Assembly (NCBI GenBank): GCA_963674865.2
Contig: CAXXYE010000010.1
Location: 41,076-105,075 of the forward strand
Direction of reading: 5' to 3'
DNA: 64,000 nucleotides
Source: Candidatus Hydrogenedentota bacterium
GTDB lineage: Bacteria; Hydrogenedentota; Hydrogenedentia; Hydrogenedentales; SLHB01
The position numbers and the translations under genes were made by a program. Below, piece by piece: positions 57,061-64,000 of the stretch; position 1 is the stretch's first letter, and every line of letters starts with the position of its first letter. The notes below the pieces were generated by a model. It was given only the letters and a program-made list of their open reading frames with translations, was not told the DNA's origin and did no database searches.

Positions 57061-57252
57061 GCTCACGCGTGGTTGTCTGCGGCCCACTTCTCTCACCCGT
57101 CATTCAATGGGAACGGGCCTGGGCATGACAAGCAGGCGAGGAAGTTGTGAGACACCATGCAGGCTCTCACGGCTGGATGGGTGACACGGGATGCCCGTTC
57201 CGCATGACGTTGGTGCGGTCTCGCTTTGCGGCTGTGAGAGAAGCGGGTTAGG
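57061..57252 (+). ncRNA. conserved structured element, copy B (paralog of 43473..43665)
   Basis: It has the same conserved blocks and helices as copy A: 57087-57096/57234-57243 (10 bp), 57110-57118/57193-57201 and 57200-57204/57227-57231. I found no convincing promoter of its own. Confidence 0.45.
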
Positions 57253-57427
57253 TGCGCTTTGACGAATCCGCGCCAAACCTCAGTTTGGCGTAGTGACGGA
57301 TTTCCGTCACTACAGACGTTCTTCTGAGGTGACGGCGCTGCGCCTAAGTTGTTTATTAAGAATGACTTACATTATACGCGCAAGGCGGCATCCTTTATGC
57401 ATATCTGTTGACAAGAGGTGATGTAAG

Positions 57428-57640
57428 ATGAAACGAATTGACAACAGACATCCTGGCTTATTGGAAGCCTCCTCGGTGCCGAGGGACGGCTCAAAGGGGC
57501 CGCTTGCCGGAGCATATCCCGATGTGTCTCTGGCTCCGGAGCTTCGTCTCCTGATCCGGCAGCAGAACCTGCAGCTGTTTATGGAATGGGTACAGAAGTA
57601 CGGTTCGTGGCGCGATTTCCTGCGTGCACACACTGCGTAG
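57428..57640 (+). CDS. hypothetical 70-aa protein (weak call)
   Basis: AGGTGA lies 6 nt upstream of the ATG. I recognise no family, and the ORF sits in a gene-poor region downstream of element copy B. Confidence 0.3.
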   Translation: MKRIDNRHPGLLEASSVPRDGSKGPLAGAYPDVSLAPELRLLIRQQNLQLFMEWVQKYGSWRDFLRAHTA

Positions 57641-57805
57641 TGGTTCTGGAAGCGCGCGGCATGAAACCGGAAGCATAAGAGCGGTATCCTGCCGTCACGG
57701 ACCTCGCTGCCGGGCCATATTGGGAAGCGTAGCCTCCCATAGGACGAGGGCGCGACGCGAACTCAACCGGCTCCGAGCCGACTTCTCACTATCAGGCGCC
57801 GTGCC

Positions 57806-58102
57806 TCAGGCTATCTGCCGCCGCATAGCTTCAAGGGCCTTAAGAATGCGATCCTCGTCGAGAGGCCCGACCTCCATGGCCGTTATCGGTAGTTGGAGAT
57901 CTTCGACAAGGGTCTTGATCTCGGATGCCTCCTCACGCCATCGATCCAGATGGAGGTGTTCGCCGAGGGGATCGCCAAAGGCGCCTTTTCCTTGCAGAGC
58001 CGAGATCTCTACTGCATCGTATCCGGCCCATTTCAAGTATTGCATGGCCGTGGGGAGGTTCTCCCCGCCAAGTACCACCGTGTTTGCACCAATTCTAATC
58101 AT
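57806..58102 (-). pseudogene. truncated sugar-phosphate isomerase/epimerase (xylose-isomerase-like TIM barrel) fragment
   Basis: MIRIGANTVVLGG ... YLKWAGYDAVEISAL ... EIKTLVEDLQLPITAM matches only the first roughly 100 aa of a family that is usually about 270 aa. GAGGAG lies 5 nt upstream of the ATG. No continuation appears in any frame. Confidence 0.5.
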
Positions 58103-58782
58103 GACGTCTCCTCTACCGGCGTTCACAAGGCCGCTCAGGGCGCGGCGCTACAGCCACTCGGTTCACGCCCTCTCAATTGAGCCGCCGGATCATCTGCCAC
58201 GCGGCCGCGCTCGGAACCGGCCTCGTGTTTTCGGATCTGCGGCCCCGACAGATTAGTCTGTCGACAACGCGAATACACTAAGGGCCAATGGCTTGGGCGC
58301 GGCCCCATAGTGTGCCCGGCCCTGGGCGTGCGTTGCGGTTGATATCGGACACCCAGCTCAGGATAGTGACACTTCTTGAGTTGAGGGTTCAAACGTGGGA
58401 ATTGTATCGTGTATCTGCGCTCAATAATGCCGGGAGCGGATGCGGAAGCGTCGAAGTGCACCGGCTTCAGGTTGGACGCGTTATTGACGCCGGATGTCGC
58501 GTTCGAGAAGTACTCACCTCGCCGGGAGCACGGCACATGGCAGGGCGGTGACAGCATGAGTACCTGGGAGCGTTCATTCGTGCTTGGATCCTTTTAGGCG
58601 CTGTCCGGTTGTCCAACGTCTCTGGCCCCATGAAAAGGGTGTCCGCATGTCCTTTGAGAAATCCTCCTTGCGGCTTTTCGCGCGTACGTGTTTAGGCTGG
58701 CCACTTCCACGTGATACAGTAAGGATGTAGTGTGCATAATCCGGAGGTTGTTTGGAGCCTGTGCCAGAGGCATTCGGACAAC

Positions 58783-60066
58783 ATGGATACCTCAAACCAA
58801 ATGATCGAGCTAGAGCGTCCGCCCATCATTGAAACATCGGTCCTGGTGCGTCTGATCCTCCCGGGGGAAGCCCCCGGGGCGGTGGAAGAGTCTCTTGAGG
58901 AGATGCGCCAGTTGGCTTGGACAGCGGGCGCGAATGTGGCGCGCACCGTTACACAGCAGCGGCAGAAGCCATGTCCGGCGACGCTTGTGGGCGCCGGAAA
59001 GGCTGCGCAGATGGCGGCTATCTGCGAGGAGGTGAGTGCTGACCTCGTTCTCTTCGATTCCGACCTGACACCGACACAAGGCGTGAAGCTCGAACAGGCT
59101 CTCGGAGTCAAAGTTGTCGACCGAACTCAGCTAATCTTGGACATATTCGCTCAGCATGCCCACACGAATGAAGGCAAACACCAGGTTGAGTTGGCCCAGC
59201 TTCAGTATCTGTTGCCGCGCCTGGCCGGACGCGGGGCGGTGATGCGCCAGCAAGGCGGCATCGGCGTGCGCGGGCCCGGTGAGCAGAAGCTGGAGGTCGA
59301 TCGGCGGCTTATCCGCAGACGAATCCAGCGGCTGGAGCGGGAACTCGAAGCGATTCGCAGAAAGCGGCGTGTCCGCCGGGGCCGTCGGGCGGATGGCGCG
59401 CCGTGCACCGTGGCGCTGGTAGGCTATACGAACGCGGGGAAGTCGTCCTTACTCAACGCACTATGCGACGCCGATGTGCTGGTTGAGGACAAGCTCTTCG
59501 CCACCCTGGATCCGCGGGCACGGCGGCGGCGCCTGCCCAGCGGGCGCGAGGTCGTGCTCGCCGATACGGTTGGTTTTATCCAGAGGCTGCCCCACCAATT
59601 GGTGGCGGCTTTCCGGGCGACGCTCGAGGAGATCACCGAGGCCCAGGTTATTCTGCTGGTAGCGGATGCTGCCCACAGTGCGGTCGAAGAGCATATCGAG
59701 GCCGTCTACGGCGTGTTGAGGGAGATTGAGGCGACGGAGACGCCGATTATCCGCGTCCTGAATAAGATCGATATTGCCTTGTCCGGCCGACTTACTGCCT
59801 TGGCGGGATCTCAACACGGGCGATGCGTGGCGGTTTCGGCGCGGACGGGCGCGGGGCTGGACGGCCTTCTATCCGCGCTCGATGAGGAACTCGCGGCGGG
59901 ATTGCGCCGGGTGACTCTGCGTATTCCACAGAGCCGCGCGGGATTGCTGACACATGTTCGTGATGGGGGCCGCGTGTTGGCCCAGCGATATGAGGACAAC
60001 GCTATCCTCGTAGATGCTGAGCTAGACGCCGCCACGGCGGGCCGGATGGCGGAGTACTTCACATGA
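58783..60066 (+). CDS. hflX: GTPase HflX
   Basis: LILDIFAQHAHTNEGKHQVELAQLQYLLPRL, G1 GYTNAGKSSL and DTVGF are present. The start is ATG 58783 or ATG 58801. Confidence 0.9.
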   Translation: MDTSNQMIELERPPIIETSVLVRLILPGEAPGAVEESLEEMRQLAWTAGANVARTVTQQRQKPCPATLVGAGKAAQMAAICEEVSADLVLFDSDLTPTQGVKLEQALGVKVVDRTQLILDIFAQHAHTNEGKHQVELAQLQYLLPRLAGRGAVMRQQGGIGVRGPGEQKLEVDRRLIRRRIQRLERELEAIRRKRRVRRGRRADGAPCTVALVGYTNAGKSSLLNALCDADVLVEDKLFATLDPRARRRRLPSGREVVLADTVGFIQRLPHQLVAAFRATLEEITEAQVILLVADAAHSAVEEHIEAVYGVLREIEATETPIIRVLNKIDIALSGRLTALAGSQHGRCVAVSARTGAGLDGLLSALDEELAAGLRRVTLRIPQSRAGLLTHVRDGGRVLAQRYEDNAILVDAELDAATAGRMAEYFT

Positions 60067-60518
60067 GTGTTGAGAGTATTCGTGTGCGCGTTGCGGCGAT
60101 TATTGTGCGTGATGATTCGATTCTGCTGGTGCGGCACCAGCGCGACGACAAGACGTATTGGCTGCTGCCGGGGGGCGGGATCGAATACGGCGAATCAGCC
60201 GGGGATGCCCTCGTGCGCGAGTTGATGGAAGAGGCGAGCGTCACCATCCGGATTAAGGATCTTGTGTATGTGAACGATAGCGTTCCCCCGGATAGGCACC
60301 GGCATGTCCTCAATCTGTGTTTCACGGCGGAGATCATTGACGGTGAGGTCAGGCCACAGCCTGAGGGGCGGCTGGTCGACGTTGCCTTTGTTCCGATTGC
60401 GCAGCTTGGCGAACTGACGTTTTTCCCTGATATCCGGGATGCGCTTCTGCCGGCGCTTGCGTCCGGCTTCCCCGAGGGCCGGGCCACCTATCTGGGCAAT
60501 CGCTGGGAAGATATCTAG
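60063..60518 (+). CDS. NUDIX hydrolase
   Basis: The Nudix box is GGGIEYGESAGDALVRELMEEASV, and the start overlaps hflX as ATGA. Confidence 0.85.
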   Translation: MSVESIRVRVAAIIVRDDSILLVRHQRDDKTYWLLPGGGIEYGESAGDALVRELMEEASVTIRIKDLVYVNDSVPPDRHRHVLNLCFTAEIIDGEVRPQPEGRLVDVAFVPIAQLGELTFFPDIRDALLPALASGFPEGRATYLGNRWEDI

Positions 60519-60802
60519 CCTGCCGACAACTACTTGCGAGCTATTCGGACTGAGCGCCGGCACCGGACAGAATCTCTCTCCGCTCATTCACAAACGAGCG
60601 AATTGTGAAGCCCCGCGCGTTTTCTTGGGATTCCCCGTGTGCTACCATCTAGCTTGGAGCGGGTTGAGCACAGCGCGTGCGGCCCGCATTTCAGCGAAAG
60701 GCGGGGCCCAAGCGTCTTGGATATTGACACAGAAAGACTTACACGCGCTATGCGGCGACGGCCCGGCCGGGCCGCGCCTCCGGCCCGAGCAGGTGGTTTG
60801 TG

Positions 60803-62239
60803 ATGCGCGTAGCGTTCCTGAATCCGACCTTCGGCAAGGACTTCACAAAATCAGCTCGTTGGTTCGCGCGATCCAGAGGGCGGGTGCAACGTCATCCCGA
60901 TTACCTGTGTACCGCCGCAGCCGTGCTTGAGGGGGCGGGGCATGATGTGTTCCTTCTCGATGCGCAGGCCCGGAATCTCACGACGGATGCGGTCATTCCA
61001 CAACTCAGCGTTTTCCAGCCCGACCTCATTGTATATCAGTGCTCGACGCCCTCGATAACCTCCGACATCGCCGCGGCGGCGGCCTGCAAGGATGCGCTGG
61101 GAGAGGCTATTCACGTGGCCGTCGGCGCACACGTCAGCGCCGAGCCGGAAGACTCGCTGAAGCGCGGCGGGGGGGCGCTCGATGCCGTCGCCATGGGCGA
61201 ATACGATTACACGCTGCGTGACCTGGCGGATGGGACGTCTTTGCGTGACTGTCCTGGCTTGGCTTGGCTGGATGGTGAACGCTTCGTGTGCAATGCGCGG
61301 CGGCCATTCATTGAAGACCTTGACGTTCTCCCTTTTCCTGCCTGGCGACACATCGACATTCATGATTACCGGGACGCGGGCAAGTTATTCCCCTTCCTGA
61401 CGCTCATCTCGGGGCGAGGATGCTTCGGCAGATGCACGTTCTGCCTGCTTCCGCAAGTGATGAACGGTGGTCGCTACCGCAAACGCAGTGTGGAGAACGT
61501 GCTGGACGAGATTGAGTACGACCGCCGGCTTTTCCCGAATCTCAAGGAGATCATGTTTGAGGACGACACCTTGGCGATGGCGGCCACGCGGGGACGGCTA
61601 GTCGACCTCTGCGAGGAGTTACTGCGCCGCGGCCAGGGAATCTCCTGGGGCGCGAATGCACGGGTGGACTTGAACGACCTTGAGACGCTGCGGCTCATGA
61701 AGCGCTCGGGATGCCGGATGCTCTGCGTCGGATTCGAGTTCGGGGATCAGGATGTCCTGAACGCCGTCGGCAAAGGCACCACCATCGACCAAATGCATAC
61801 GTTCGCGGAGAACGCAAGCAAGGCGGGCATTCGCGTGCACGGATGCTTCATGATCGGCGGGCCGGGAGAAACTGTCGAAACGGCTCGCAAGACTATCGCA
61901 TTGGCGCGGAAGCTGAAAATCGATACGGCGCAGTTCAGCGGGGTGGTGGCGTATCCGGGGACGGCGTATTATGACTGGGCGAAGGCGGAGGGCCACCTCG
62001 TACCAACCAGCTGGCGCGATTGGGTTGACGCCGAATTCGAGCAGTGCACTACGGTGAGCTTTCCGCAATTGCCGGGCGAGGCCATCAACCGGCTCATTGA
62101 TGAAGGACTTCGAGGTTTCTATCTTCGTCCATCGCAGGCCTGGCGGATGTTATGCAATATCCGCAGCACGGCGGACATTCGCGCAAAGCTGCACGGCCTC
62201 CGAAGCTTCGTCGGATATTTTGGCGGAAGAAAGGGATAG
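60803..62239 (+). CDS. B12-binding-domain radical SAM protein (class B)
   Basis: An N-terminal Rossmann-like B12 domain (VAFLNP ... LLDAQARNL ... DLIVYQCSTPS) is followed by GRGCFGRCTFC (C-x3-C-x2-C). AGGTGG lies 6 nt upstream of ATG 60803. Confidence 0.85.
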   Translation: MRVAFLNPTFGKDFTKSARWFARSRGRVQRHPDYLCTAAAVLEGAGHDVFLLDAQARNLTTDAVIPQLSVFQPDLIVYQCSTPSITSDIAAAAACKDALGEAIHVAVGAHVSAEPEDSLKRGGGALDAVAMGEYDYTLRDLADGTSLRDCPGLAWLDGERFVCNARRPFIEDLDVLPFPAWRHIDIHDYRDAGKLFPFLTLISGRGCFGRCTFCLLPQVMNGGRYRKRSVENVLDEIEYDRRLFPNLKEIMFEDDTLAMAATRGRLVDLCEELLRRGQGISWGANARVDLNDLETLRLMKRSGCRMLCVGFEFGDQDVLNAVGKGTTIDQMHTFAENASKAGIRVHGCFMIGGPGETVETARKTIALARKLKIDTAQFSGVVAYPGTAYYDWAKAEGHLVPTSWRDWVDAEFEQCTTVSFPQLPGEAINRLIDEGLRGFYLRPSQAWRMLCNIRSTADIRAKLHGLRSFVGYFGGRKG

Positions 62240-62261
62240 GCGCTCTTGTGAAGGTGCAGTC

Positions 62262-63311
62262 ATGAGTGGGCAGAACGGCGCGTTTGGTTTTCTGGAGAAC
62301 CGGATTCTGACGCATTATCCGGCGGCCCGGATGATTCTGGAGGGCCGCATGCCCGCGCCACGCACGGCCATCGTGTATCCGACGTACGTCTGCAACCAGA
62401 ACTGCGTCTGGTGCGAGTACAGTGCGGACAACGCCAAGTACGGCATGATGATGGCCGAGGAGGACCTTCGGAAGCTCATTAGCGACCTACGGGAACTGGG
62501 AGTAAGAGGAGTCGAGTTCTGCGGGGGAGGCGAGCCGAGCCTCCATCCGGCGCTGCCGGCCTTGATCCGCGAGATGAAGGCAGCCGGCATGAGTGCCGGG
62601 CTTCTTACCAACGGCACGCGGCTCACGGGCGACCTCGCCACGGCGTTGGTGGATTGCGCGAGCTACGTACGGATTGGCTTCGACGGCGCGAACGCGGAAA
62701 CCATGCACCGTGTGAAGCGCCCGCGTTCACCGGAAGCGTCCTTCGATGCTGTCTGCGCCAATGTGCGGCATGTGCTTGCTCTGCGTCGCGAGCGCGGGGG
62801 CCATGTGCTGATCAGCATGAAGGTGCTTCTCAATGCGGATAACTACACGGAGGTGGAGGATTGCGTGAAGCTTGCGGCCGCGATGGGAGTTGACTCGGTG
62901 CAGTTCAAAGCGGCTCGGCTGTGTGAAAGTGAGTTGAGCAATGAGCAGGCGGCGGCCGCGCGCCAAGCAATTGAGACATGCCGCGGGAAGTACCTGCCGC
63001 TTCGGGTCGTTGGCGGCGTGGACAAGCTCAATATGACGCGCCAGTGCTGGTTGACGCCGCTCCAGATCATGGTGGACGCCCTGGGCGACGTCTTTCTTTG
63101 CTGCTACTACAGGCACAGGAAGGACACGCACCGGTTCGGCAACGTGCTCGAACAGCCGCTACAGGAGATCTGGTACAGTGAGCGCCATTGGGAGGCCATC
63201 AGGAGCATCAAACCGGAGGAATGCAACCTGTTGGACTGCCGCTTCGTTCATTACAACCGCGTTATGCGGGAGCTTCTGGTAGAAAATGACGCGCAATTCG
63301 AGTTCATTTGA
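62262..63311 (+). CDS. radical SAM protein with a Cys-rich SPASM/twitch-like C-terminus
   Basis: YPTYVCNQNCVWCEY and GGGEPSL are present. The C-terminal cysteines are CWLTP ... FLCCYY ... EECNLLDC. The start was moved to ATG 62262. Confidence 0.8.
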   Translation: MSGQNGAFGFLENRILTHYPAARMILEGRMPAPRTAIVYPTYVCNQNCVWCEYSADNAKYGMMMAEEDLRKLISDLRELGVRGVEFCGGGEPSLHPALPALIREMKAAGMSAGLLTNGTRLTGDLATALVDCASYVRIGFDGANAETMHRVKRPRSPEASFDAVCANVRHVLALRRERGGHVLISMKVLLNADNYTEVEDCVKLAAAMGVDSVQFKAARLCESELSNEQAAAARQAIETCRGKYLPLRVVGGVDKLNMTRQCWLTPLQIMVDALGDVFLCCYYRHRKDTHRFGNVLEQPLQEIWYSERHWEAIRSIKPEECNLLDCRFVHYNRVMRELLVENDAQFEFI

Positions 63312-63357
63312 GATCCGTCCGCAGCACTTGCGCTGTGTCTCTTGGGGAGTTTCTTAG

Positions 63358-64000
63358 GTGAAAGAGCCCGGCCCGGACGATTCCGCCCCATCCTCGCCTT
63401 CTCTGACGACAGGCAAGTTTCGCAAACGGTACCTGTGGGTCATGGGACTAGCGCTCTACGTGGGGGTGGTGTGGTACATCGGATGGCAGGGCATTCACGA
63501 AGCCATCGCCGGACTGGAACTCAGGTATTTGCTGCTTCTAATGGTGTTCGAGGCAGGCGCCATCGGACTTCGCATTCTCAAGTGGCGGATCGCGCTGGGG
63601 CGAGATCGCAATATTGCTTCCCTGTTTCTCTTGTCCAAGGCGGCGGGGGGATGGTCGCCCAGCCGATTGGGGGAACTGTCGCCATTGCTGATCCGCCAGT
63701 ACCGAACACCACGAATCGCGGCGTGGCTGGTGTTGGATCGGCTTCTCGAGATTGCGGCAACGCTTGGGCTGGGCGTCGTCGGGGTGGTCAGTCTTGTGGG
63801 ACTCCCCGTGCAGCGTCGATACGCTATGGCTGCTACCGCACTTGTGGCGATGGTAGTCCTGTTTGTGGGGCCGCTCTACCTGCTGACGCGTCGGCGCCTA
63901 TTCCTTGATCTGGCAAGGCGGTTTGCAGAGCCGTCGCTGGCCCACCGCGCCGGCGGAATGATGGCGGCCGTGGGCGAGGAAATCCTCGGATTCCGAAAAT
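63358..64000 (+). CDS. UPF0104 / lysyl-PG-synthase-TM-like (flippase-like) membrane protein, 3' end outside the window
   Basis: This frame is open to the window end and is absent from the ORF track. The GTG start follows an in-frame TAG, with GGGGAG 8 nt upstream. Translation gives KRYLWVMGLALYVGVVWYIGW ... LRILKWRIALG ... with several TM segments. Confidence 0.55.
   Translation, partial: MKEPGPDDSAPSSPSLTTGKFRKRYLWVMGLALYVGVVWYIGWQGIHEAIAGLELRYLLLLMVFEAGAIGLRILKWRIALGRDRNIASLFLLSKAAGGWSPSRLGELSPLLIRQYRTPRIAAWLVLDRLLEIAATLGLGVVGVVSLVGLPVQRRYAMAATALVAMVVLFVGPLYLLTRRRLFLDLARRFAEPSLAHRAGGMMAAVGEEILGFRK

Noticed and set aside
43473-57252. The two element copies are inverted relative to each other, so they could be the ends of a 13.7-kb composite mobile element or an invertible segment.
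   Set aside because: The interior holds housekeeping genes (rplM, rpsI, pilMNOPQ) and no transposase or recombinase. The copies are only about 65-70 percent identical with helix-preserving changes, and I saw no target-site duplication.
58341-58410. A tRNA-like look: AGCTCAGGATAG resembles a D-arm and GGTTCAAAC resembles a T-loop.
   Set aside because: I could not build an acceptor stem, D-stem or T-stem. GCTC has no GAGC partner and TGAGG has no CCTCA partner.
58135-58557. A 140-aa minus-strand ORF in the gene-poor region.
   Set aside because: It has no RBS, its composition is odd after the first 50 codons or so, and I recognise no family. It is kept only as a possible coding remnant in a finding, not as a feature.
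60519-60800. Short ORFs (15-17 aa) upstream of the B12-radical SAM gene as possible RiPP precursors, plus a possible TTGACA promoter at 60725 and the GGCCCGGCCGGGCC palindrome.
   Set aside because: The ORFs lack ribosome-binding sites and any leader or core features. The TTGACA has no acceptable -10 hexamer at 16-19 nt. The palindrome alone is not interpretable.
1-64000. I looked for CRISPR arrays, rRNA and tRNA genes, integrases and phage genes, long tandem repeats and known defence-system gene sets.
   Set aside because: None was seen by eye. The only repeats found are the IS ends, short tandem 10-mers at 15766-15785, the GAAGAG codon repeat at about 17860-17885 and the paired RNA elements. 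A computational repeat or tRNA scan could still find things I missed.

Overview
This is a gene-dense, high-GC bacterial chromosomal segment. All calls come from reading the six-frame track and the raw sequence; homology is judged from remembered family motifs, and no searches were run.

Layout, left to right:
1. A lower-GC surface-polysaccharide (O-antigen/EPS-like) cluster at about 2.0-15.7 kb. It holds Wzy-like, GT2, Wzx, Wzz-like, Gmd, a DegT aminotransferase, a TylM1-like methyltransferase and several other SAM methyltransferases. An IS5/IS1182-like transposase remnant and an apparently intact IS30-family element bracket it.
2. Lipoprotein, a PMT/TPR membrane protein, a secreted SNase-like nuclease and a methyltransferase.
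3. A translationally coupled operon: HTH-REC regulator, 1210-aa hybrid histidine kinase and two ABC exporter half-transporters, behind a near-consensus sigma70-type promoter.
4. An intact anti-sigma gene with two ZAS motifs next to an ECF sigma gene broken into four reading-frame segments.
5. A membrane protein, pgi and a JAB/MPN-DinG fusion helicase.
6. Folate genes (FolM-like SDR, folB, folK, folE).
7. A Tat-signal sulfatase, a catalytically dead trypsin-fold protein and a four-PDZ HtrA.
8. A 1.15-kb intergenic region rich in RNA signals.
9. pilMNOPQ.
10. A LexA-box-like regulated dinB-dnaE2 pair.
11. A REC-degenerate GGDEF regulator, then rplM-rpsI.
12. A roughly 1.7-kb gene-poor, decayed region.
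13. hflX and a NUDIX hydrolase.
14. A B12-radical SAM, a SPASM-like radical SAM and a UPF0104 membrane protein, running off the window.

The most interesting unexplained signal is a diverged pair of structured non-coding elements, about 190-250 nt each, at 43.4-43.7 kb and 57.06-57.31 kb. They share conserved blocks, one compensatory base-pair change and sequence-divergent hairpins. One copy forms the promoter-proximal leader of the HtrA operon. Next to that copy lies a promoter-to-terminator unit that folds into a 6S-RNA-like rod. I saw no CRISPR array, tRNA or rRNA.
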